Shown: piece after piece, positions 37,673 to 49,584 of the stretch
How the letters are laid out: each line of letters opens with the position of its first letter
How positions within the stretch are numbered: the first letter of the stretch is position 1
Assembly (NCBI GenBank): GCA_951406725.2
Contig: OX597818.1
Coordinates: 28,086,001 to 28,150,000 of the forward strand
Length of the DNA: 64,000 nucleotides
Reading direction: 5' to 3'
DNA from: Octopus vulgaris
Taxonomy: Eukaryota
Program-made: the position numbers and the translations under genes
The notes under the pieces: model-generated
The model's database searches: none
The model's input: only the letters and a program-made list of their open reading frames with translations
Told to the model about the DNA's origin: nothing

Positions 37673-39320
37673 TGTAGTGAGGTACAAGAAGCCAGTGCCA
37701 TTTTGTACAAGATCTCACCGGTAGCCATTACCATGTCTGAGACAGGAGTGATATCTCACCTGCAACCATTTGCCATGTGCGAAACTCTCATTCAGCAACG
37801 ACTATATAAGCAGGAGCATTAAGACATTTACCCTCTTTTCTCCTTCTCACTTATGCTGAGAAACACTGTGAAGTAGGCAGCTCACAGTGAGCTCTTAACC
37901 CGCTCTAATCTCACCTGTTATCTCCAGTAGTAATGAACTACACGTGAACGAAGCCATAACGAACCATGCACTGTCATGAAGATGGTCACCGGGAATGAGC
38001 CACATGAATGAGAACTAAAATAAATGATTATTGAATCACATCCACTTGTAAGCTTCTTCTTCGAGTTCCAGATCTTTAAGACTACAGAAAATAATTATAA
38101 TGTGAGAAGGTGATACCCCACAGGTATCATGAACCTTCAATTCCTTTATAAAATGGCGACCCCGTCGGAAAAAGGATTTTGGCAGACACAAGCTTTATCA
38201 TGTAGATGTTTCAACTGAACTACAGAATGGCGTTTTTTGCTCACTCCCAACTAAAACCAAAATCAATGGTCACAACTCCAGCCGTCCATCAACTTTCAGT
38301 CATCGTTCCTGTCTACTGCAATATTCCGATTGCCTCATGTGTTGAAAAACAAAGTTACCAGTTTGCCTGCCATTTTCTGATGACGTCTTAAACAAAAAAA
38401 AAGACGAGCACACAAACATTTTTGTTCAGAGGACTGCAACACAAGTTTGGCGCCCCAAAACAAAATTTTTTTTCTTTCATTGCTGCACACAATTCACAAA
38501 TTTTGCTTAGGAAAAATTTTTTTTCTTGCACACACGTTACTATTCCAGCAACACTTTGTCAGTTCTTTGGTCCTTTTCTTTTCCCTCCTCTGTAAAGAAA
38601 AAAAAATGAGTCTTCTCAACTTACCCACGTACTCTGGTGACATCACACTTTGGTTTATTCAGTTGGATGCATATTTTTTGGCTCATGCGGTGCCTCACCA
38701 ACAGCAGCTAAAGCTCTTGTACTGTGGGATGCCTGCACCCCCTGCATGCTCAATGAAAGATCTCATCACTGTCCCACATCCGGATGTGACTTATGTGTCC
38801 ATCAAATCCAAGGTTCTCCATCAGAACACACAATCTGTGGATAGTAAATTCTGGACTCTTATGCAGGATGAGCACCTGGGAGATAGGACTCCATCTAAGT
38901 TTCTTTGTCATTTGTGTGAACTCAGTGACACACCACTTGAAGACAATCCTCTGCTTAGGAAATTATTTCTCTCTCGGCTACTGCTGAATCCATACTGGCG
39001 ACAACAGTCGATTCTAATTTGCTCAATCAGATAGCCACCATGGCAGACAAGATCATAGAGTTCACAGTGCAACCAGCACCTAACCATATCTGTTTGGACC
39101 CCATAGTAGCTTCCTCTACTACCACAAAGTCTTCTCCCTCATTACATGACATTTTGGAGAGAGTCAATGCATTAGCACGTCTTGTGGACACATTGTGGTG
39201 AGAACATGCCAGCTCTCATTGTCCTCACAGCAGAAGCCATTCTAAGTCATAGTCATCTAGTTCTACTACAACGATTTCCAATCTGTGCTGGTACCATGCC
39301 ACATTCAAGGACAAAGCCTG
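37673..39320 (+). mobile_element. Gypsy LTR retrotransposon 5' remnant (LTR, PBS, gag)
   Basis: LTR TGTAGT(37673)..ACTACA(38086) with TATA-like tatataag and AATAAA, PBS-like TGGCGACCCCG at 38154, gag remnant from 38606 (LWFIQLDAYF, LGDRTPSKFL, LFLSRL, CWYH..F..KA.. at ~39286). Confidence 0.8.
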
Positions 39321-39569
39321 TCGGTAGGGGTGAGTAGAGGTTGGGGAATGCAGTGACTGTGAAACCTGAGTATATTGAGGATGTGAGGGACAACAGGATA
39401 GCAATGATACACTGGGCAGTGCAGTGGGGACAGGACTGGGAAGCGAGAGATAAACACTATTTGCACTAGAGATGGTAACCATTGAAAAATTTGGCAAAGA
39501 CAGAAGACAAAAGAAGTGATTTAAAAGTTATCTCATTACAAATTAAACATAATTCATATTTGTTATATC

Positions 39570-39720
39570 ACTGGCATCCCAGACAAAATGCTTAGCAGTA
39601 TTTCATTTGTCTTTACATTTTAAGTTCAAAATTCTGTAGAAGTTGAGCATTGGGGGTCAATGTAATCAAGGAGCTCCCACTCTGAAATTTCAGGTTTTGT
39701 GCCTATAGTTGAAAGGATTA
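39570..39720 (+). mobile_element. Deu/Nin-like SINE, internally deleted
   Basis: caaaatgcttagcagtatttc..gttcaaa..ggggtcaatgtaatc..aaatttcagg..gtgcctatagttgaaaggatta matches the copies at 29884-30325. Confidence 0.7.
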
Positions 39721-39949
39721 TATTTATTACATTTCTTTTTCAGTTGAATTTGCTAGTATTTTTTTCAGTTTATTTCTGTGATTTTCATGTAAATGGCTGG
39801 TATTGGGTAGGAACTGCATACCTTGCAGAGTGTTAGGATTCAAGGAATTAAACAAATTTCATAATAATTGGTAGCAAAATGTTTTATAAAGTTTCTTAAA
39901 AATGTTCCTGTGTGTGATTTTTAATAATTTTATCTAATTATTTTTATAG

Positions 39950-40198
39950 ATGTACCTGATCTTACTGCATCAGAGAATGTGATATTCTTTGAGAACCAAA
40001 CATCCATTCTAGATTGCTCTGCAAAAGGAAACCCTATCCCAGAAGTGAGATTGGAGTATGGAAATCAAAGTTTTCCTGCAAACTTCCCATTAATTTTTAA
40101 TCGTAGAAATGTCAGTGATGTTTTCTGTGTTGCCATTGCAAAGAGCACAAAACATGGAAATTTCACATCTAGAAAGAAAATTAATATCCTGTTGAAAT
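39950..40198 (+). CDS. IgSF receptor exon, Ig domain 5
   Basis: Acceptor tttttatAG|39950, donor 40198|GTATGT, 249 nt. YVPDL..ENQTSILDCSAKGNPIPEV..VFCVAIA..INILLK. Confidence 0.9.
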
Positions 40199-42570
40199 GT
40201 ATGTTAAGTATAAATATTTTTCCTGCTGCTGCTGCTGCTGCTACTACTACTACTAACATTTCCACCAATCATCAAATATCTTTTACTTCTTTTGCATCAA
40301 AGAGTGGCATATTGTGTACTTGGGCAAAACACATCACTTTACATTGCTCTAGTATACTCAGCTGAAAATGTGTACCAGCTAACAAATGATACAGCCCTCT
40401 CTCTCTTTAGCCAACACCTCCTTGATGATCTACTAGGTAAAGGGTGGGTACACTGAGAGGGCATGCATTTATGTCTCCTCGTGATTGCATAAGTGTCTAA
40501 AACAATTTGTAAAAGAATAGTTCATGCTACCAAGTCATGATCACTTGTGAGTGACATACATGAATTTGTTATATTCTTACCATCTTTTAGCATCAGCATC
40601 ATCACTATGATCATTGTTTTATGCCTAGTTTTTCTATGCTGGCATGAGTTAGAAGGATTTGTTCCACTTTGGCCTCTTGCCACTTGTCACAGTCCATCAT
40701 CATCTGATACTCCACCAGTCTCTGGTGTATATGACTTTTTTATGGTGATGGGGGTGTCATGGTTTGTACAGCTGAATTCCCTTCTTATCACTGATCATTT
40801 TGCAATGGGGTTCAGTCTTTTTGGCCAGGAAAGTTGGTAATTATTTAAGGAAGGGGTGTAGCCATGAAAGTATTACTATTTTCTTTATCAATTAAGAGTA
40901 AGGAAAAGTAAAGTCAACCTGTGTGGAACTGAGACAGACAAAACTGAATAATATTAAGGTTGTAGTCATTAGGTTTCACAATTTCTGGTGATATATTCTG
41001 AAAATCCACATACTTAACCTAGCTGAAACAGCATCCCAAAGACAACCTTTTCCCGTCAGAGTTAGAAAATACTTCAGCCTTTAAATTACTAATTTTCTAC
41101 CTAATTCAAGTAAGATCCACAAAGAATTACTGCTGCTACACCCAGGACAGATTTGCTATTATCCATACAAACATCATGTGTCATAACTCAATGAAAGCCC
41201 CACTAATTGGTAATGACTCTGTAACACACACCACCTCTCACTCATACATGTGCTGTCTCTTCTCTCTGCTTATTCTATTATTACTCAAATCACTGCTCCT
41301 AGCTTTAAACAACATCCATCCAAGTTCACCCAATACATTTGTCTCTCCCATTCTTCTTGTCACTTTTGTATTTCATTGACCACTATGCATAATCAAACCT
41401 TTCCAGAGTTGAACTCTGTGAAATTCCCTTCCCACTTATGACTTACTTGTAGATATTAAGGTTTAAAACTGAACATAATTTGTATCAGTCTTAACAGTCT
41501 TAGAGAGTTTGTAAAAAATAATATCTGCATCATTAATCTAACACACTAATCCTGCTGTATTCATTCTAATTACCTTGGGAGTAATATTAATGACACCCAT
41601 TCTATGCAATCTTGCTGTTGTTTAAGCTTCAGAACTTACTCAGATTAGGAGCATGACCTTTTGTAAATAAAAACAAATTAGCAAGAGAATTAAAAAAATG
41701 ATTTGGGTTTCTTGATCCTTGATTTTATTAAGAAATTTATTGTGACCAAACAAAATATCAGTTTCTCCAATTTAGAGGATTTCAGTATTTGTGATTTTTC
41801 TGGTCTCTAATGTCTGTTTTTTGCTCTCTACTTCTAATGGTGTATACTGTAAACATCTACATCTACCCTATTTCTACATACTGACATATTTTTACTGGGT
41901 TTTTAGTGGGCAAATTTAATTTCTTCTAATCCACTATCAATATTCTTTCAGTATTTTCAGTATTCTTATCCACTATCAATGGATAGATAAAAATCCAAGT
42001 AATGTTTTGCAGAGATATATTTAATTGAAATATCTCACCCTAAGATAGAAACTTTAAGAAATTAGACATTTGAATTCAAAAATTGTCAAAACAGTTACTG
42101 ATTGAATCAATTCAAAACCTTAAAATTTCAATTTTATATTCAATGCCACTGAAGCATTATATCACTTTGAATTTGAAAAGACCAATGTAGTTCATAATGA
42201 AGATGTCACAAAGCTAATGATGTACCCAACCTAACACATTTATTATCCTTAACTGAAGGTAGCTCACTGAATTTTGAAATTAGAGAAGCTAAGTTTCAAT
42301 AAAACTATTGATTACATCTCCTACCTAGAAATCATAATCCTCACCAAAATGTTGGTTAAAAAACTGGGTAATACGAACTAACCTGAAAAGACAAAAATTT
42401 AATGAGCAAAGGTAAACCTTTTAAACCAAAACATATTTTAAGAAGAAAAGAATGTCATCGGGGATCATCCAAATGACAGCAGCATCAAAATCATTTCTGC
42501 AACTGGCATGTCAGAGAAGAATACATACTAATCACATATATAGGAATATATAATAGTGACTCTACTCTGA

Positions 42571-44558
42571 CTCACTTGTCATGCCGGGTCTTCTCACACA
42601 CAGCATATTTCCAAAGGTCTCGGTCACTAGTCATTGCATCGGTGAGGCCTAAAGTTCGAAGGTCGTGCTTCACCACCTCGTCCCAGGTTTTCCTGGGTTC
42701 CTTCAACTGCTAGGGATTGGCACTTTTTCACATACCTATCTTCATCCATTCTCACCACATGACCATACCAGCACAATCGTCTCTCTTGCACACCACAGCT
42801 GATGCTTCTTAGGTCCAACTTTTCTCTCAAGGTACTTACACTCTGTCGAGTATGTACACTGACATTATACATCCATCAGAGCATACTGGCTTCATTCCTC
42901 ATGAGCTTACGCATGTCCTCAGCAGTCACAGCCCATGGTTCACTGCCATGCCATGTAGCATGGCTGTTCGTACACATGCATCATACAGTCTGCCTTTTAC
43001 TCTGAGAGGCCTTTAGTCGCCAGCAGAGGTAAGAGCTCCCTGAACTTTGCCCAGGCTATTCTTACTCTAGCAGTTACAATTTCAGCACATCCACCCCCGC
43101 TACTGACTTAGTCACCTAGGTAATGGAAACTATCAACTACTTCTAGTTTTTCCCCCTGGAAAGTGACGGAAGTTGTTTTCTGTATATTTTCAGTGTTTAT
43201 TGCTCCTGAGCATCTGCCACATACAAAAACTATTTTCCTAGTTAGCCTTCCTTTGACATTGCTGCACCTCTTATGTGTCCATAGTTTACACTGGGTACAT
43301 CTTATAGTTTCTACCTACGTCTTTTCTACAGATCGAGCAGGGCCATCTACCTGAAGGCGTTTCTGGTTTGTCTACCTTCCTACTTATTAGGACTTTTGTT
43401 TTAGCTAGGTTGACTCTAAGGCCCTTCGATTCTAATCCTTCCTTCCACACCTGAAACTTCTCCAGTTCTGATAGTGACTCAGCAATTAGAGCAAGGTCGT
43501 CAGCATAGAGGAGCTCCCAAGGGCATCCTGTCTTGAATTCCTCTGTAATTGCCCGGAGGACTATGATAAATAGGAGGGGGCTGAGGATTGAACCCTGGTG
43601 GACCCCTACCTCTACCTTGAATTCTTCAGTGTACACGTTGCCAACCTTTACCTTACTTACAGTGTCCCTGTACATGGCTTGCACAGCTCTCACTAGCCAT
43701 TCATCTATCCCTAATTTCCTCATTGACCACCAGATAAGGGATCAGGGGACCCTGTCAAAGGCTTTCTCCATGTCAACGAAAGCCAGGTACAGGGGCTTAT
43801 CTTTGGCTAGGTATTTCTCCTGCTGCTGTCTTACCAGAAATATGGCATCAGTGGTGCTTTTCCCTGGCACGAAACCAAACTGCATCTCGTCTAAGTTGAC
43901 TCTTTCCCTAATCAGTTGGGCTATGACCCTCTCCATAACCTTCATTACCTGATCCAACAGCTTGATACCTCTGTAATTATTTGTATCTAGGGCGTCACCT
44001 TTACCTTTGTAGCAGTTGACTATTATGCTGCTACACCAGTCATTGGGTATGACTCCTTCGTGTATCACCTGGTTAACTATACGGGTGACTAGGCTATAGC
44101 CGACACTGCCAGATATTTTGAGCATCTATGCAGTAATTCCTGATGGGCCTGGGGCTTTCCCTGTCTTCATGCTTCTAATTGCCTTAACTACCAAAGAACT
44201 GTCAACTCGGATAGCTGGTCCCTCTGTTGGGTCGACATTCGGCAGACTCTCTTTATCCCATTCATTTTCTTTATTCAGCAACCTTTCATAGTGGTGTCTC
44301 CAAACCTCTCTTTTTGCATCCTCATTTAGCACAAGTGAACCATCATCCATGCAAACACATTTCTCTCCTACCACATCAAGATTCTCTCTCACACACTGTC
44401 TTGCAACACGAAATACCTCAAGTCTTTGGTCCTCACGGTGCAGAACATTGGCAAATTTTTTCTTATCTGCTTCCCCTCTGGCTAAATAAACCTGTCTCCT
44501 AGCTTCCCTTCTGGCAGTCTGATACAGTTCCCTGCTACCTCCGTTCTTCCAGTCCTTC
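42571..44558 (-). mobile_element. RTE LINE internal segment, closely similar to the copy at 1-2878
   Basis: Long RT ORF pieces (43286-44558) nearly identical in translation to 984-2171. Ends at the stop codon with no 3' UTR or tail. Confidence 0.95.
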
Positions 44559-44949
44559 ACATATATAATCTATAAACATAAATTCAGAGTTCTGTCAAGA
44601 TTAGTTGTCAGCTGTAGATACTCAACATGTTCTTTTTTTGAGTTGGTGCCCAATTAAAAATTATTTCCCTTCTTACTGATTAAACTATCTTGTTTTTCAA
44701 AAATGCTGTGCATTTCAATGAACTAAAACAAAAGAGTTTCTTTTGATTATGCTTTGTCAAGTCATCAATTTTAATGTGATTTACTGGTTCACAATAGTTT
44801 TTTTCTGATGAAGCTCTACTGTCAGAAACAAACTAGATCAATAATTTGAAGAATTATTACAAAATATGTCATTAGTTAATAACGAAAAATAAATAATAGA
44901 AATGCCTATACAAGAATAGCTAACTTCTAAATAAAATAGGAGATACTTG

Positions 44950-45200
44950 AGGTGGCACGTAAAAAACACCATTTGAGCGTGGCCATTGCCAGTACTGCCT
45001 GACTGGCCATCGTGCCGGTGGCACATAAAAGCACCCACTAGAATCTCAGAGTGGTTGGTGTTAGGAAGGGCATCCAGCTGTAGAAACTCTACCAGATCAG
45101 ATTGGAGCATGGTGCAGCCATCTGGTTCACCAGTCCTCACTCAAATCGTCCAACCCATGCTAGCATGGAAAGTGAACATTAAACGATGATGATGATGATG
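44950..45200 (+). mobile_element. RTE 3'-end fragment
   Basis: gtggcacgtaaaaa..ggaagggcatccagctgtagaaac..catgctagcatggaaa..(GAT)n. Confidence 0.88.
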
Positions 45201-46057
45201 AAGCAGTCTTTTGGAGACCATATTTTTATGGAATAAATAACCTGTGGTCTCCCACACATATGCAATGAAATCCCTAATCACTGGTAGCTCCACTTTACAA
45301 CAAACAGTTATTATGGAGTCACAAAGATTTTGTATTAGTTATACACTCAAATCAATGAAACAAATTTCCAAGATGTCACATTCAAACTTCAAGTTTGGAT
45401 AGCTGAAGGAGTTATGTTTACAATGCATTTACCAAAAATTTTCAATATGGAAATGAGAAAGCCCTAAATATCATAACAGAAGAGATTAAGAAACTTTGAT
45501 CAGGGACTTCAGAACAAAGGCACAATATGTCTGATGCACAATTAAAAATCCTAAGCATCTATGAGACTACAGTGCAATGGATAACAGTATTAAAAATCTG
45601 TATCAAAAATTAAGGTTTATATTCAAATCTGACGAAAAGATATAAGACTGTTTAATTGGTTTTAAACTCTTTTGAATAGAGGGCTCTTGAAGTTGATCAA
45701 AATTATACTAATTAAAAAAGATAGTAAAACAAAAAGACAAAACTGTCTTCCTAGACAATCTACCCATCTAAGTACAAGCATTACATGGAAGTACATCTCA
45801 CTGTTGCAACCCACTGTAAGCATTGAAAACCTGATGAAGGTTCTATTAGCCACAAGGCCAAGCTCAAACTGTTCCAAGATTATGGATTTGAGGTGATTTA
45901 GGTTGCTTACTGTGTTTTGCTATGATGTATGAGAAAACATGTTCAATGACAATCATAGAATCTGATTATAAAATGAGTGGGAAACTGAAATTTTGTATTT
46001 TTATCTTATTTTCTAAATTAGAACTGTTTTCTGAATTTTTTGTTATTTTTTTTTAAG

Positions 46058-46309
46058 ATCCTCCTCAAGTAAACATTCATATTTCAAATGAGACAAATAA
46101 TATAATAATTAATTGCACTGCATTTGATGGAATTCCACCAAATTATGAATACAAACTGGAGCAAAAATGGGGAAACACCACTAAGAATACTTATAATATA
46201 AATGTATTATCTATAAACAATTCTACTTTCAATAATACTGGTACATGGGAGTGTCATGTAAGCAATGAATATTTTCATGTGAGTAAATCATCAAACTACA
46301 AAATTCCAG
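46058..46309 (+). CDS. IgSF receptor exon, Ig domain 6 (absent from the ORF track; GC donor)
   Basis: Poly-T acceptor ttttaAG|46058. Hand translation YPPQVNIHISNETNNIIINCTAFDGIPPNYEYKLEQKWGNTTKNTYNINVLSINNSTFNNTGTWECHVSNEYFHVSKSSNYKIP. The frame-preserving donor is CAG|GCAAGT at 46309/46310, giving 252 nt. Confidence 0.87.
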
Positions 46310-48220
46310 GCAAGTATTTTACAAAGCCACAATTTATTTATAAAAACATATTTACAATTTGAATTATTTTTAGAATGATAAATTGTTTAGTTATTTATTT
46401 GATTTTATCTCATTAGAAGATTGTTGGACTTTGTCTCTTTTTATGTATATCAATAAAACTGATAATTTTTAATTCTAATTTTCAAATTCAATATCCTCTT
46501 AAAATTCAATATTTTCTTAATTATAATTTTCAAATTCAGTATCCTCAAATTTTCTTCAAAAGATCTGAAGCTATTTTCAAGTAAATTTTAAGCATTCATT
46601 TTATATAGTGAAATTGTTTCCATGTTCAGTTTTTGCTTTTTAGTTTGTTCCATTTTAACTGTCTACTGTATGCCTGTATAAAGAATATATAGCAAATTAA
46701 CTTATCAGGCAAGAACATCAAATATTGTTTGCTAGAGTAATTCAAATCATAAAGATATACAATTTTGGCTAATAAATTTATTACAATAGACAAACTTTTA
46801 GGAGTATAGAGTTTCTATTTAAATTCTATACCATGTCATATTTACTAGCTTCAGAAGAGAAATGTTTGTATTATGTTTATATCTTTATGAAAGCCATTTT
46901 GTAACATAGAAGGAATTGTTTCTAGGATGTGTACCACTTTAGATGCCTTGAGATTTAAGGTAATGTAAGCACTGATGAATCAAGATTATATGTATAATTT
47001 TAGAAATACTGTTTCTGAGCAGTATTGAGGAGTTTGTCTTTATTGGAGATAACATACATTTTGGATTAAGTGACCTTTGAAAAGGGAAATTTCAAAACTT
47101 GCAAGGAATTAGTAGATTTGCAAGAATAATTTCAAAGTGATATCTAGGATAATATCAGGTAATGAAAATTGCTTCCTAAATTATCATAAATCCCCAAATT
47201 TCTGAAGTGAGGTCTAATACAGGTTATATAAATCCAACTCCTTTGTAAATATTTATTTTCGTGTCACACATTGGCCTTTTGTCTTTGATCAAATATATGA
47301 AAATAATCAGTAAAAAAAACAATTTAAGATAACACTTGAAACTATTAACTTGACTTACTAGTTTTAAGTGATCAAAGGCCTTTTTCTAATTAAAAACCAT
47401 AAAGATCACATCTTAAATAATGAGTAGAACTGAACAAAGTAATTGAGTGTTTGTTATGTATATGAAGTTAAACTGGATATGATGTAGGTAGCTCATATGA
47501 CAGATTTTACTGCCATATGCATGTCTACATTACTAGATTAGTTAAAAAGTGGTGAATAAGATTCTTTGACAAAGTTGCCGGGTGTCTAATAAGCAAGAAT
47601 TTGTGTAATTGGAATTAAGAGTGATAAAACTTATATGAAGGTGTATTTTACTCTATTGTTAATCTTGAAATTGAAGTTTTGTATGTTTGTATTGTAGTAG
47701 AACGGACTGTTGTAAAGCATTCACTGGTAGATAATGTACATGGTTTAGTGTTGTGTAAAATTGAGAGGGTCTTACACAACAATCAAAATTGTGTTTGGCA
47801 TTTGGCAGGTTATTTTACATACTTAGTACAACAGATTGTTAACATAAAATTTAGAGAAATGCAAGTAGTTGGGTGATTTGATCAGGTGGAATGTGATGAG
47901 ACAACAATGTTAGAGGATTGTCTGGGACCAAACACTGTAGAATTTGCAATGGTTGCTGTGTAGAGTTTGTATTTGAAAAGGATCGTAAGTAAGAGTTAAA
48001 GGGATTCTAATATGGAGGTGAAATGGTACAGATGCTTAGAATTGTCAAATTTTTAGCTTTAAATACTAACTGAATTAGTCTGAAAGTAAATTTCTGCCAT
48101 AAAATTGTATAGTTTATGTTTTATTATTTCTTCTATTTTTCGTAAACTTAGAAATTTTCTGTTTCAAATGTACATTATATATTATTTTCTCTTTCAATAT
48201 TTTATTTTTTCTTCAACCAG

Positions 48221-48529
48221 TGAAACCTATTTTCAGTTCAATATCAAACGATCCTAAAATGAGAAATGTTGCAATTGGAGAATCTGTAATTTTCAAACAG
48301 TGTTTTTATTCACATCCAAAATCTGATGTAAAATGGCAAATAAATGACAAATTAATTGACTCAAACAAATATTTAACAACTGATTATTTATCAAATGAGT
48401 TTCCTTTCAAAGGAAGCTGTACTAGTTTAAAGATAGAAGACATCAAAGCTAATGATTTTCGTACATATCAATTAATAGTGGAAAACTCCATAGGAAAAGA
48501 AATAATTATTTTTGACTTGAGATCTAAAG
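48221..48529 (+). CDS. IgSF receptor exon, membrane-proximal Ig domain 7
   Basis: Acceptor cttcaaccAG|48221, donor 48529|GTAAGT, 309 nt. VKPIF..IGESVIFKQCFYSHPKSDVKW..TSLKIEDIKANDFRTYQLIVENSIG..FDL (I-set-like, F-strand Cys absent). Confidence 0.9.
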
Positions 48530-49584
48530 GTAAGTTGTTACATGTTTGTAATTATTCTTTAATCTCTTAAAATATTGTTTCATGTTATATAAAATTGATT
48601 AATATATTGTGAAGTACTTGAGCTTCTGTTTTTAGCTCATGTTTTAAAATTAGCTATATGTTATAAAGATGGCAGATCAATTTTAACTTTCTTGTTTAAG
48701 TATTTTTTACTTTTGTAGGTGAACATAATTTTCTTTTCAGAAATATTCTAGAAAATTTCTGATAGCAAAACTTTCACTTGAGAACCGTTCCCTGAACTCT
48801 AGTAATGAAGTTTTCGGGTCAATTAACTATTTTTCTTTAGTTTATTTATTTAAATGTTATGTTTATAATTAGAGTGGAGTTTGAAAATCATGTGAAGGCC
48901 ATCTGTAGCTTGAACAATGAACCTCTCCACTCCCTTTCTCAAATCCAATATCCAAGAAAGTGAGAGCTATTGTTCAATTTTATGACTAAATAAAAAAGAT
49001 CATATACACCTCCAATACTTTTATTTCTATATATTTCATTTTATTTTCCAATAAAATGATAAAATTTTGCTTTATTTATTAGATAATCTTAGGGTTGGGA
49101 ACTGAAAGATTATGATTACAGTTTGGTTTTATTTTTTAATACTCAAGGAAGTAAGAGCTAAAGGTTAGATGGTTGTTAGAATTACAATTACTATGAGAGT
49201 TTTAGGGGCAAGGCAAATGTTTATGATTTGGATTGATTCTTAATCCATAAAATAATTTTATTTTGTAAGATCTTTAACAATATCCTCGTTGCAATGAAAT
49301 CAAATTGATAGTGATAATATTCATTCAGTAGGATCAAATAAATATTTTTAAAAAATGATTCCCCATATTGATATAAAGATTATAACAAAATTAAATTAAA
49401 TTAATGATTACAGAAAATGTTTAGCTAAATGTGCTTGAAAATTTCAAGGAAATGATGTATCTCAATGAAATGAAAATTAATATAACTAAAATTATTGGAA
49501 GCATACAATTAATTGTGTGGATATAAAAATAACCTGTACCATAGATTATAATTCTATCAATACGGAGAGCGCTAGAGAGCAGGC

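Noticed and set aside
38378-38408. CTGATGA followed by a CGTCTT/AAGACG hairpin
   Set aside because: Followed by AGCA rather than GAAA, with no stems I or III.
46965-47020. CTGATGA, AT hairpin, GAAA as a hammerhead
   Set aside because: Stem II base is unpaired and stem I cannot form; at best an unrecognisable relic.
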